64,000 nucleotides of DNA, taken from NCBI GenBank assembly GCA_910592345.1, contig CAJVPI010000008.1, positions 1 to 64,000 on the forward strand, given 5' to 3'. The translations under genes and the position numbers were made by a program. Below are positions 53,501-64,000 of this stretch, piece by piece; positions within the stretch are counted from its first letter, which is position 1; each line of letters begins with the position of its first letter. The notes beneath the pieces are model-generated. The model ran no database searches. It saw nothing but the letters and a program-made list of their open reading frames with translations, and was not told where the DNA came from. This DNA comes from Paraglomus brasilianum (Eukaryota).

Positions 53501-55516
53501 TAACGACCAATTGTTCTAGTAAGCGCATGAATATTGCCGATGGCACGGATAGATTAACTTTCGATAAATTGTTATTTAAGAATATTTTAGAAATAATTGG
53601 GACAGCGATGTGCTTAACCATTAACAAAGAAAGAGGCAGCTAAATCTGATAAGTTTTTAAGTGTATAATAAATAACAAGTCCATTCACAGTCGACTCTCC
53701 CTTGGGACTGACACATATTCCAAATGGATGATGAGTTATGGATGATGTCTATCTCTTTAAACAAATAAACAAACTCATAACTAAATTCCATTATAGAGAA
53801 GACGTTTCGAATATAGCGACGATTAGCAATGTCATGACAATTTTTCCATGTGCTGGTGCATGCATGGATGAAATGGTTGACAGGCATATCGTCAACAATA
53901 GTTATGGAAAATAACTGACGCCGTCGTGTTTCTCCACTTTTTTTGTAGATTAGAATAAGGACATCTTAACACGTTGTCTTCTTGAGCAATTGTCTCAAAC
54001 CCATTTAATACCTTGCAAATTGCCACCTGTTTAATCTCTTCGTTCATGCTGACAATATCACCTTATAAACAATACAATTATAAAATTCTATCTTTTTTGT
54101 TGATCAGCACTGCATCCATAAGCAGATTCCGAATTTAAAACACGTAGTTAGCGCGATTTTTTCAGCGCCGCCCGAATATATAATCGGTGAATACCAAACT
54201 AATGTGAGGGCTGCTGAAATTTCATCCGAATTCTTCCAAAACGGTTGCATTGCTTAACTGCAAAAACAGCCGTCGTACCTGAAAGTTCGTAGTTTGATTA
54301 TGCTGTGCTTATGCGCAAATCCAGACCTCTCTAATTTAATAAATAGCGGTCCCATTTTTGGGACTCATGGATAATTTAATAATTTTCTCTCTTATTTAAT
54401 TTTTTCTTTGAAATCAATATATACGTTAATACTGGTGCCACACCGTTTTCTTTAAGGCGTTTCGTAGGGTTCCAGTAGCTATAGATAACAATCTCTACGT
54501 GACAGACGCATTCGTTTTCAATAACAAATAAGTTTATTCACAGTCACAATAAAAATTAAGGGGAAGTAGATAAGGGATACAAGACTATGGTGGCTATTAC
54601 ACGTTAGTAGACTTCTGATACATACAAGCTTTACATTGCAGACTGACCACAGAACAAGCTGAAGTGAAGGCAATACAACCCTCATATATAATCTGAAAGA
54701 CATGTCATTGAGTTTTTAAAGATGGTGAGCGTGCTGAAACTCAATTTCCATCTGTACATGGGAAAATAACCATGGTTAGAAAGAATGGAAATTTCTAGTT
54801 CGTCATAAAAATTAGGAACGGCATTGAAAATTTTCTCTGAACACGCCATACGACAAACCCTCATAACTTGCAAAATTTCATGTCCGCAGTAAATGCATAT
54901 TAATATGCATTTATAAATTCCTATCTCCATACATTTCTAAGCAATTGTCAGCGACCTGTATAAATTCCACTTATCCATTTGCATGATCTTTTTTTTTCTT
55001 TTGTTTGTTCAAACAATCTTTAGGAACTGCATATGTTGCAACGCATCTAAAGCTCGAAATAAATTATCCAACTTGTATTAGAGGGTATCAAGAAAAACTA
55101 ACCCGTAAGACAGATGATTCAGAACGAAAGTTTCAGTTTAGATTTTTTAATCAACTAAAAAATTCTAGAGTTTTAGGGATTTGAAAAGTAATAGTTTTAT
55201 TGGGTTTCTTAAGTTTCCTTAATATTAAGAAAAACAGAAATTTCACTATGCCCCGACCAACTAAAAAAAACCGCACATAAAAAAGTGTCTCGAGATGAAA
55301 GGGCAAATTTATTAGAGATAAACTCAATTTTATCAATACAGAAGCAAGCACACCGGCATTGTCGAAACGATCGAAAATTCAGGTCACGTTTGTATTCTTT
55401 CACTGCGAATTGAACGTTATTGGGGAGCAGCCAAACGATACGAAAAACTTGGCGATATATGGGTTTGTACAGACATGGAATCACAGGCAAATCAGCAGAA
55501 TATGCTCTAAAAAATA

Positions 55517-56245
55517 CCGTATTTCACCGACACGAGTACCCCGGGTATTCCCCTTGTTTGTTTTAGTACCCGGGGTACTCGTGTGGGGGGGGGTACATCG
55601 TACGGATGGGGGGTACATATCTCGATTTGTTTCTTTAAACTCCTATTGGTTGATGAATCATAAGTATATCGATATTATAATTAAACGCGCCTTATTATTA
55701 TTAGATACTACTACTAATACTGTATAGTATATAAAGAACTTAATTAAAATTCAGATTATTTATCTATTCATCAATTAACACCTGCTGGGCGTATAAGAAA
55801 ACCATCCTATGGTACTCTTGCTCAATGGGTAAGAGATTCATGGGAAGAAGTTGATATTCATTTGATTGTAAAAGCGTTTAAGTGTTGTGGGGTTTCGGTC
55901 GAAATGGACGGGACGGAGGATGATGTAGTGTTTGATTATGAATTGTTAGATGAGAATAAAAATGATGGAAATTCTGAAGTAATGAATTTCACTAGTATTG
56001 ACGGTGAAGAATATGAAGAAGTCGGAGGCAGTAATTATAATGTTTGGGAATAAATATTAATTAATAAATTTTACTGATCTTAAATTTTAATTGGCTGTTA
56101 GAAGGAGGGTACAAATCACGGGGGGGTATATATGCCGGAGGGACACCGTAACTAATACCCGGGTATAAATCAAAATTTGGCCTTCAAAACTGCCGCAGGG
56201 TATAGCTCACCGGGGGGGGGGGGTACTCGTGTCGGTGAAATACGG
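55517..56245 (+). mobile_element. Non-autonomous pogo-family element retaining the transposase 3' end
   Basis: Perfect 26-bp TIR CCGTATTTCACCGACACGAGTACCCC with TA on both sides. It contains TPAGRIRKPSYGTLAQWVRDSWEEV..IVKAFKCCGVSVEMDGTEDD at ~55778-56053. Confidence 0.92.
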
Positions 56246-56609
56246 TATATATCGCACAGAGGAATCCCCGAAGATGCATGGAATGAATTACGAACAAATT
56301 AATTCGTCAACTTTCTTAAACCGGAGATTCAAAATAAGCATGTGCTGTTCAATCTGCAACATTAATATTAATGTCGAGTTTTATTTTTCAACACCTCATT
56401 GGATTTTTATTGTCTACACCTACGATTGAACGCTAAAGGTGTACCTTCGACAAAAAAGCATAAAAAGACATATTAATATGTACATTAAATAAGTAACTTA
56501 TACTTATCTATATAATTATAAAAATACATATGGTCACACTACTCTTATTCTATCTATGATTATTAACATAAACCTGGGCGGCGCAGAATGGAAATGAAAA
56601 CCTATACTG

Positions 56610-56807
56610 CTACTTTATGCTAACTAAGATAGCCGTGCTTGGGACTTCCAAATGAGGTTGGAAATGCGGATGCTTCACAACTCGCTCTGCATAGAAGCCT
56701 CCGTAGTCGCCTTTTCTTGTTGGGCAGGTGAAAGCTGAGTGGCCGGTCTCCCAGCAGCTAACACACAGGCTTAAATCCTCATTGGTCTTTAGGCCGCAAA
56801 ATCTCAG
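56610..56807 (-). other. Startless open frame containing a CCHC zinc knuckle (exon of a small gene or gag/ORF1 relic)
   Basis: CVSCWETGHSAFTC (CX2CX4HX4C) at 56765-56724, in a 66-codon stop-to-stop frame absent from the ORF track. Confidence 0.55.
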
Positions 56808-57394
56808 TCACGTGATTTTTATTTATTATTATGGCAATGGTCATACCGCAATTCCGAATCACCGCAAGAATTGCATAGAAGACTGGAGAAATGAATTTTT
56901 GAAAATCATGTTTAAATCGGTTTTTTTTCCCAATCGTTTTAGTGTTAGTGCACCATGAAAAACAGACTTACCAACTTTTTTCACTTGTTCCTCAGAACCT
57001 CAAGCTTCCAACGTTCTTCAAGGCTAGGCATTGAGAACCCAATTTTATTTCCTGACGTTTAATGTAACGTATAAATTTGTCATGAATAAACGACTTGCTC
57101 GGTACCTTTTTAAAGCAAAGAAAAACAGAATCTTAATTACGTGGTTGACAGAAGGCTTGGTCACGAAGCAAAACGGTTTATGATTTTTCTGTTGTAATAT
57201 TTAAAAAAGGTGTTGATGTAATCGGCACAGCCATTACTATTACTGTTAATGCTGTATCACAAAAGTGGCGATCGTAGCCCGTATGAGATGGTAATCACGG
57301 GACATATTACGAGTTTAATCTCATAATTGAACAATCTTTAATCTGTTTATTATTATTATTATTATTTAGAGACTAATTTTTGGGATCAAGGCTT

Positions 57395-60067
57395 ATGAAC
57401 CAAAGTACTACAAAACGACTTCAAGGACAGCAATCAAAGAGTATTCGTCGTCATACTCAATCAACGCGTGTACCAGACGACCGCGATAACGATTCCTACT
57501 CTTCAACGGAAGAAGCAGATTCTGTTATTGCCAGCCGTCTATTCGGTGAGGCCACTGTTAATTCAAGAAAGTCACGGACTGTAAACGACAACATTGGCAA
57601 TGAAGACGACAGAAGCAATGAGAGTCCTCGTTATAGAACAGGCACAGGGACAGATTACAAACTGTCCGAGAGGGTAGTCTCGTCACCAGCGCCCTCACGA
57701 CGTCCAGTATGGAGAGCTTCGACGTCTTCCAAACAAGACGATGCGTCTAGCGATTATTCTTTTGATTTGTCTGCATTATCACCGCAAACACAAAATATCA
57801 TTAATTCGATAACGCCTAGTCGTGGTAATACTCCGAATAGTTCGAGAGATCACAAAAAACGGTTTGCTGCAGACCGAGCCATGGTCGATGAAATACTGCG
57901 AGAAGCTAGAGCTCAGGCTGCCGCACGTGCAAGCACCAATGCTTCATTGCCAATGGATTCAACTAATAATGATCTCACTAACGGCAGTAGTCAATTAACT
58001 GATGATGCTGATGGATGGAGCGTGGATGACGATGATGACAATAATGATGTCAATGGCGTTGATAAATTGCGTGGATCATCCTCAATAAAGCCCAAAGCAG
58101 GGATTACCATTGATACAACTGCATCGCGTCTTAAAAAGGAACAGAGATATATTGCGAGGTCTCCTACTTCACCACGTTCGACTCGAAAGCGAGCTGTCCT
58201 ACGTAGAACAAATGCAAAGTTGTTTCCAGTCCATTCATCTCCACAGTCGTCTAGTAGTGCTAAACATGCAATGGACCCCCCAGAAGTTAATGGCAAAACA
58301 CCTTCAAGTAATATCGAGACTGTCGAAACTGGTGAACTTGACGAAATTGAGGCACAGTTCCAAGAAACTTTAACTACGTACACAAAAAGATTTCAGAATT
58401 CTACTGTAGCGTTGCAAGAACAGTCTAATCTTATGAGAAGAAATCAGGATTTATTGCATCTCGTTGCTGCAAAGGAGGAAGAAATTGAAAATTTAAAGAA
58501 TAAATTATTTGAGTCTACCAAGAAGCTAGACTCTTACGAGGTTGATTTAAAGGATGCCATTGCATTTCAGCTTGAACCTCTTGCTTTATCAGCAGAGGAT
58601 TTGATTCGAATAGAGAGAGAACTTGAGAATCAAGATGTTGCAATACGCAATTACCGAGCTGAGAATGACAAACTTAATGTACAAATAAAAGAATTGAAGA
58701 ACCAACTATCAAATGTTGATAAAGAAAACGAAAAGTACTCTGCAAAAACGTCGGAATTAATGCGAGAACTAGACCATTTGAGAGCAATAATATTATATGA
58801 CAAGGAGAACAAAGACCATTTTTCAGAGGGAGTCCTACAACAGATGGAAGAAATGAATAAGGAAATAAGCAGACTGAAACAGATAGAGAAAGAATATGAG
58901 AAAGAGAAGGCCAAAGAGCAAGCGAAAGAGCAAGATAATGAGCAAGATAATGAGCAAGATAAAGAGCAGGGCAATGAGGAGGAGAAAGAACACGAGAAAG
59001 AACATGAGAAAGAACAGGAAAGAGAGCAGCAGAGAGAGCAAGAGAAAGAAAAAGAGATACTGATATCACCTATGATGCCAATGTTACCACCGACGGGTAT
59101 AATGCACGAGTTAGAAACTAAGCAAAATATAATTGAGGAGCTAGTTGAGAAATTAAAAAGAAAGGAAGAACAGTTAGAATATTATCAAAATCAATACCTT
59201 GCCAAGACCGAAGAATTAGAACAATATATAGAGCAGGGGGGTGTACCATCTAATGCGACGCAGAATGGAGGTGGTGGAAGTGATGGACATATTACGAAAA
59301 CTCCCAATGCCGTTGGAGGGAAGGCTGGTGGAAGTACTGGTGTTGGAGGCGGTGTTAACGGTGCTAAGGCTATTAAATACCTCAATGACAATATACAATT
59401 AGATGATGAGATTGAAGATTTATCATCTCTTCCAATTACGAGTGATTTATTGGCGTCTGGTATATTTGATGCATTGGGTGGTGATGGTGCGTTTACAGCT
59501 ATTGAGAGACTCATAGCATCCCTTGAGAGAACTATAATGGAAAGAGACGTGCAATTGAGCACTGCTCATCAGCGTGCAGAGGAAGCAGAAAGAAAATTAG
59601 TAAATTTATCGCGGGAGAAGATGTCATGGGGAAGTGGATTTGACGGACGAATAAAAAATCTGAAGAACAAAATACAGCAGATGGAAGAACTAATACAGAT
59701 GGAAAGGAAAGCTGCGCGTAAATCATTAAGTAGTCAAGCAAGTCAAGCGGACAATGACCGCACGAGAGAGAGTATTGCCCATTCCGATAGCAAACAACAA
59801 GAATTGAGTAACCAATCGCTGCTTCAGCAACTGGAATTGATGTCACGGCAGATAACGACCATGGGAGAAAAGTTCAAGAAAAGAGAACAAGACTTGCAGA
59901 AAATGATATCTGATATGGACAAACGTTCGAAGGTGCAACTCGAAATGGTCAAGAAGAGGTGTCTGACCATAATTGGGAAGAAAAACGATAAATTGGAGAT
60001 CATTAAGAGCGAATTAGATAGTTTAATGGAGGCTGCTGGACCAGTAGGAAATATTAAAGGTGATTAG
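57395..60067 (+). CDS. Large coiled-coil protein, CEP162-like (890 aa, single coding exon)
   Basis: Disordered S/R-rich N-terminus and long coiled coils. IERELENQDVAIRNYRAENDKL, KKREQDLQKMI and KKNDKLEIIKSELDSLM resemble remembered CEP162 blocks in the same order. The CDS is confident; the family call is tentative. Confidence 0.7.
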   Translation: MNQSTTKRLQGQQSKSIRRHTQSTRVPDDRDNDSYSSTEEADSVIASRLFGEATVNSRKSRTVNDNIGNEDDRSNESPRYRTGTGTDYKLSERVVSSPAPSRRPVWRASTSSKQDDASSDYSFDLSALSPQTQNIINSITPSRGNTPNSSRDHKKRFAADRAMVDEILREARAQAAARASTNASLPMDSTNNDLTNGSSQLTDDADGWSVDDDDDNNDVNGVDKLRGSSSIKPKAGITIDTTASRLKKEQRYIARSPTSPRSTRKRAVLRRTNAKLFPVHSSPQSSSSAKHAMDPPEVNGKTPSSNIETVETGELDEIEAQFQETLTTYTKRFQNSTVALQEQSNLMRRNQDLLHLVAAKEEEIENLKNKLFESTKKLDSYEVDLKDAIAFQLEPLALSAEDLIRIERELENQDVAIRNYRAENDKLNVQIKELKNQLSNVDKENEKYSAKTSELMRELDHLRAIILYDKENKDHFSEGVLQQMEEMNKEISRLKQIEKEYEKEKAKEQAKEQDNEQDNEQDKEQGNEEEKEHEKEHEKEQEREQQREQEKEKEILISPMMPMLPPTGIMHELETKQNIIEELVEKLKRKEEQLEYYQNQYLAKTEELEQYIEQGGVPSNATQNGGGGSDGHITKTPNAVGGKAGGSTGVGGGVNGAKAIKYLNDNIQLDDEIEDLSSLPITSDLLASGIFDALGGDGAFTAIERLIASLERTIMERDVQLSTAHQRAEEAERKLVNLSREKMSWGSGFDGRIKNLKNKIQQMEELIQMERKAARKSLSSQASQADNDRTRESIAHSDSKQQELSNQSLLQQLELMSRQITTMGEKFKKREQDLQKMISDMDKRSKVQLEMVKKRCLTIIGKKNDKLEIIKSELDSLMEAAGPVGNIKGD

Positions 60068-60159
60068 TGTAAGTATTAAATGTGAACGTATTATATATTT
60101 CTCACGACTAATGAATAAATCACTCGGATATAATTTTGAGATATAAAAGAAATATATTG

Positions 60160-60196
<37 letters not shown>

Positions 60197-60210
60197 TTGT
60201 GTGTGTGTGT
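60160..60210. repeat. (TA)n(TG)n microsatellite between convergent genes
   Basis: Directly visible dinucleotide run. Confidence 0.95.
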
Positions 60211-60253
60211 CATCTAGATACAACCTTTATATACATAATCACTTTATTTGGAC

Positions 60254-60722
60254 CTATTCTATAGTCTTAACGGTTCCCTCATCAGAACTTTTAATAGCAA
60301 CTTTACTATTCTTCAACCTAGTAATCCCTTTATCCACATTCTCGATATGCAACTCTAAAGGTAAGTCAACCAACGACGGTTTCAGCACTTGCTCTCGCAG
60401 TTCTTCTAAATCCGTTTGAAATGACGTGAGACTGTACAATGTCATCTGTACTTGAACTACTGCATTTCGCCGTTGGCTGTCAAGTTGAGAGAGAAGGTCG
60501 AGATTTTCTTTGAACATGTGCTTTTGAATACGATTGCCGCCGAGGGCAGACCAGAGTTCGGCGAGAAGCTTTTCACGCTCGGTCGTTTGGAAGGCTTTTT
60601 CCTGGGTGACTAGTTCGTGAATTGCTACTAGCATTTCGTCAAGGGTTGCTAGACTGCATACGAGGGAGGGAGGGAAGGAAGGAAGGAAGGAAGGAAGGAA
60701 GGAAGGAAGGAAGGAAGGATGG

Positions 60723-60786
<64 letters not shown>

Positions 60787-61928
60787 AATATTAATGTAAT
60801 TTATAATACGAGATTATAAATCATGGCGTTTTGAAGACAACCACACATAATAACATCAACATTGCAAACTTCATCTTTCCGTAAAACGATCTCGCTTACT
60901 CACCTCCCAAGAGTATCCTGTGCCTTTATAATCATCCTTTCCAAATCACCTTCCATCAGAGACATCATATTTTCATATGCGCTTGCCAGTTCTCTTCTCG
61001 TTGTTCTCCCGTCTCTCACATTTTCTAATGTCTTCAAAGCAAACATGTTGTACGTTATCAGATTATCCAAAGAACTTCTCGTTCGAGCCTGTAATACTTG
61101 TAGGTCTCTACCGATTGACTTTGATTTGTCCATAAACTCGCTCAGCCGATTTACCAACTCTGGTGCAGTAGATAGCGTAGAATACTTCACCAAAGTCCTT
61201 AAATCTCCGGTCGCCAATTCGGCTCGTTTTATGTCAAGTGCTAAGGAAGAGGTCACACCTTCCTTTGCAAGGGCTTGATCCATTATTTGTTCATAGGTTT
61301 CGACCTGACGATCAACTAGGCGGGTAAAGTCAGGAATATGAGCATTGCACAGCGGCAAAGCAGAGGCAAAGGGGAGCTTGCATACTGTAAGAGTGAATTG
61401 ATCTTGGACGGCGTTTGATAGGAAGGTGAGAGAAAAATGTGAAATATAGACGGCAAGAAAGAGGGCAAGGAAGATGGATAGGATTGGTTTGAGCCATTGT
61501 AGAGCGCTAAAGACAATTTCTAGTTTTGGAATTCAAGAGAGAAAAGCGAGTTTATATATAAGCAAATTTCGGTATCAATTCATCAAATTTCACAGAGTTG
61601 GAACAGTTGATTTGCATTCTAAAAAACTGGCTGTTGGTAATCTCAAGACAGTATTTGTTGAATTTTCCTCTTTCCTCGTTTCTGTGCTCATTCTCCCCAA
61701 CAAGTTTCTTATACATTGCTAAAAAGATCCGACTTTCCCAAGAAAACTTGAACAGTAGCGTTCACTATTCATTGAGCAAAATTATCCACTGGACATTATT
61801 AAACCCAACTAACCTATCAGAAGCCCTCCCAAAATTCGAAAGTTGTCAATGATAGCCAGGTTTTTTTCGTTATCTATCGTCTTCTTCGTAGCTGCAGGCT
61901 TGTTATTATCGTCATCGTTAGTTTCCAT
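60254..61928 (-). CDS. Uncharacterised fungal protein with TM helix, Cys pair and coiled coil (exons 61928-61814, 61519-60904, 60653-60254)
   Basis: The spliced frame gives LKPILSIFLALFLAVYIS (TM), CKLPFASALPLC, IPDFTRLVDRQ and LDIKRAELATGDLRTLVKYS. Splice phases are consistent. Confidence 0.8.
60663..60788. repeat. Compound (GGAG)(GGAA)n(GAAA)n microsatellite in an intron
   Basis: Directly visible tetranucleotide runs. Confidence 0.95.
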
Positions 61929-62076
61929 TTTGTCACTGGGACGTTATTCATTGTTAATTTGTGTTATATATGTATGGTATGCATAGTCACACAATAATAA
62001 ATTTGTGATACAAGGGGTGGGACAATTCAATGAAGTCGAACTCTATAACCGTTTCTGAGAATAAGCTTTTTCTGCA

Positions 62077-62955
62077 ATGAATAACAAAACAGAGGGGTCG
62101 ACTAGCGTCAATAGTGAAGAACGAATAGTGTTGAATGTGGGAGGAATGAAGGTTAATAGCTGTCAAAACGCGGGATCGAGCATGCTGAATACCTGTCTAA
62201 CATGGTTTAATACATTATATCTAATTCTATAGTAATCGACCTTTATTGTTTATATCAAGTACGAGACATACAGATCAACCCTCCTGTCACTTCCTACGTC
62301 ACTCTTGGGTACAATGTTCTCATTGCGAAATTCAATGCTTCTTCATCCAACGAATAACAACGAATACTTTTTCGATCGTAATGGAAGAGCATTTCACTAT
62401 ATCATAGAATATTATCGTACTGGACGATTGCGTTATCCACCGCCAAAATACTCATTAGTATCTTGCGAAGAACTAGAGACAGAGCTCGACTTTTTCCAAA
62501 TCCCCATTCCACAACATTTGGTTCTGACACCTAAAGATTCAAAGCCCAAAGATCCAGCAGCAGTCACAGTTAACAGTTTCATCAGTATGTTACAAGCAGT
62601 TGTTCGTGAGATTCGGGCAAATTTGGAGACCAAAGTTGAGGTTATTTTCCCATGGAGAGATAGAAGTAAGTTTAGTGTTGAACCAGATATTGCTGCTATT
62701 ACTGATTTAATTCGTCCTTTTGATGTTACCGGATATAATGTGCTTGAGGCGTTTGGAAATCAGATTGGCAAGTATCTGAAGAAAACTGTGTCTGGGTTGA
62801 TTTGGATATTGAACGAGCGTGATGCAAGTGCCAATTATCCACCAAGGTTTTATTTGATGATGAGTTTTAGCGTTGATAGTTTTGACTATCGGGCCATTGC
62901 AAAAGAGACTGTACTACGAGAATTAAGTGACTCGAGAGAAGTGTACAGTGTATAA
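62077..62955 (+). CDS. BTB/POZ (potassium-channel T1-type) domain protein (exons 62077-62151, 62260-62955)
   Basis: RIVLNVGGMK|YETYRSTL..LLGTMF, EYFFDRNGRAFHYIIEYYRTG and ELDFFQIP. Confidence 0.92.
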
Positions 62956-63225
62956 GTGACGTTTTCACATGCACTTGAACATGACAAAATGTAATAATAA
63001 ATTTTCTATAATAAACTATAATATTCACACTCGCCAATTCAGATGTCTCAATTGTAGTAAATGCTTTATGTCATATTTCATTTTGCAACAAATTTACATT
63101 AGTTCCATACCCCCGAACGAAAGCTGTCTGGTATATACAATGCGATTTTTTTTGGTGCGCTTAATGACAACGTGTGACAAAATTTAGCGCTAAAATCTAT
63201 ACATGATACGGTTAATTAAGTCTGA

Positions 63226-64000
63226 TTAACGTACAGCTGATGCCGCAAGCGTGTCGAACATTTTGGCCTAAATGTGAGAAAACGTTGATTGATTATAACA
63301 TTGTTTCATGCTATTGTTGCCAGTGCAAAAATCAAGACTCTTAACAAACCTTTGGTCGGATATCAATATCGCCATAGGATTTCTTCTGTTGTACATCAAT
63401 CACATCTTTTGTCTTCAACACCAACAGCTCAAAGAACAGCTTTACAGCATCTTGTCTCTTAGCCTAAAGCAAACATGCCGGATATGTCGCCATCAGTCGA
63501 AATTCCATTGCTTAATACCAAAACACTGATTCTCTTACCTTTCCAGCAACGGTTTCATAACTGATGGGCGTCTTTTCCCTCAACCTTCGGCTTCCACCCT
63601 CATTTGATGTTCTCTCAAATTCCCGCTGTAATAATCGCATAGCTTTGATTGTGTTCTTGCTAAATGTCACCTCGCTGCCTGTCTGCTGGTCTTGTGAATC
63701 GTCTTGATCGAATATAGTTAGGCCTTGAGGAGAACCTAAGAATTTGGAAAGAAACAGGAAACGCGCATGAAGGAATTAGACGTGATGCAAAGAGTGAGCT
63801 ATGTAGTGATGATGCACCACAGACAGTAAGTCTTTAAATGGTAGAAAGTACCTTCATCATCAGCCATATGTTCGGGTGATATATTCGAATTATCATTACC
63901 GGGAACTTGGGGTGGAGAATCTTTAAAAAAAGAAAGGTAATGAATTCAGAGACAGCAAGGATAGTAATGACTACTCGGCATAATATCAAGAACTCGGCTC
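63226..64000 (-). CDS. RAD21: Cohesin kleisin RAD21/SCC1 family, 3' exons only (gene continues beyond the window)
   Basis: Spliced minus-strand exons read FSKNTIKAMRLLQREF..ISYETVAGK|AKRQDAVKLFFELLVLKTKDVIDVQQKKSYGDIDIRPK|AKMFDTLAASAVR*, the Rad21/Rec8 C-terminal winged helix. Rec8 cannot be fully excluded. Confidence 0.88.

Noticed and set aside
56637..56794. Structured ncRNA (nested plus-strand stems, MRP/SRP-like fragments)
   Set aside because: The diagnostic RNase P/MRP CR-I and SRP helix-8 motifs are missing, and the GC-richness is better explained by the minus-strand CCHC coding frame.

Overview
AT-rich eukaryotic (fungal) genomic DNA with short GT-AG introns. The gene content (MATA-type HMG boxes, T1-type BTB/POZ, a Crinkler-like relic, many Tc1/pogo elements) fits an early-diverging fungus, most plausibly Glomeromycotina; this is inference. 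About 1-10.3 kb is a nest of decayed DNA transposons and MITEs. Two intronless HMG-box genes follow. The rest is a mostly housekeeping block: a CobD-like PLP enzyme, Sec7-PH ARF-GEF, eIF4A, LITAF-like protein, ETF-beta, RPB9, PPIL4, a membrane-anchored helical protein, VPS18, a HARE-HTH/Zn2Cys6/SET protein, PPM1 and PHB2. After a second TE patch (52-56 kb) come a CEP162-like coiled-coil protein, an uncharacterised TM protein, a BTB gene and the 3' end of RAD21. The best candidates for new biology are the HARE-HTH + Zn(II)2Cys6 + SET chromatin writer, the intron-containing CobD-like enzyme and the centriolar CEP162-like protein in a probably non-flagellated fungus. All exon boundaries were read by eye, and family calls rest on remembered motifs, not database searches.
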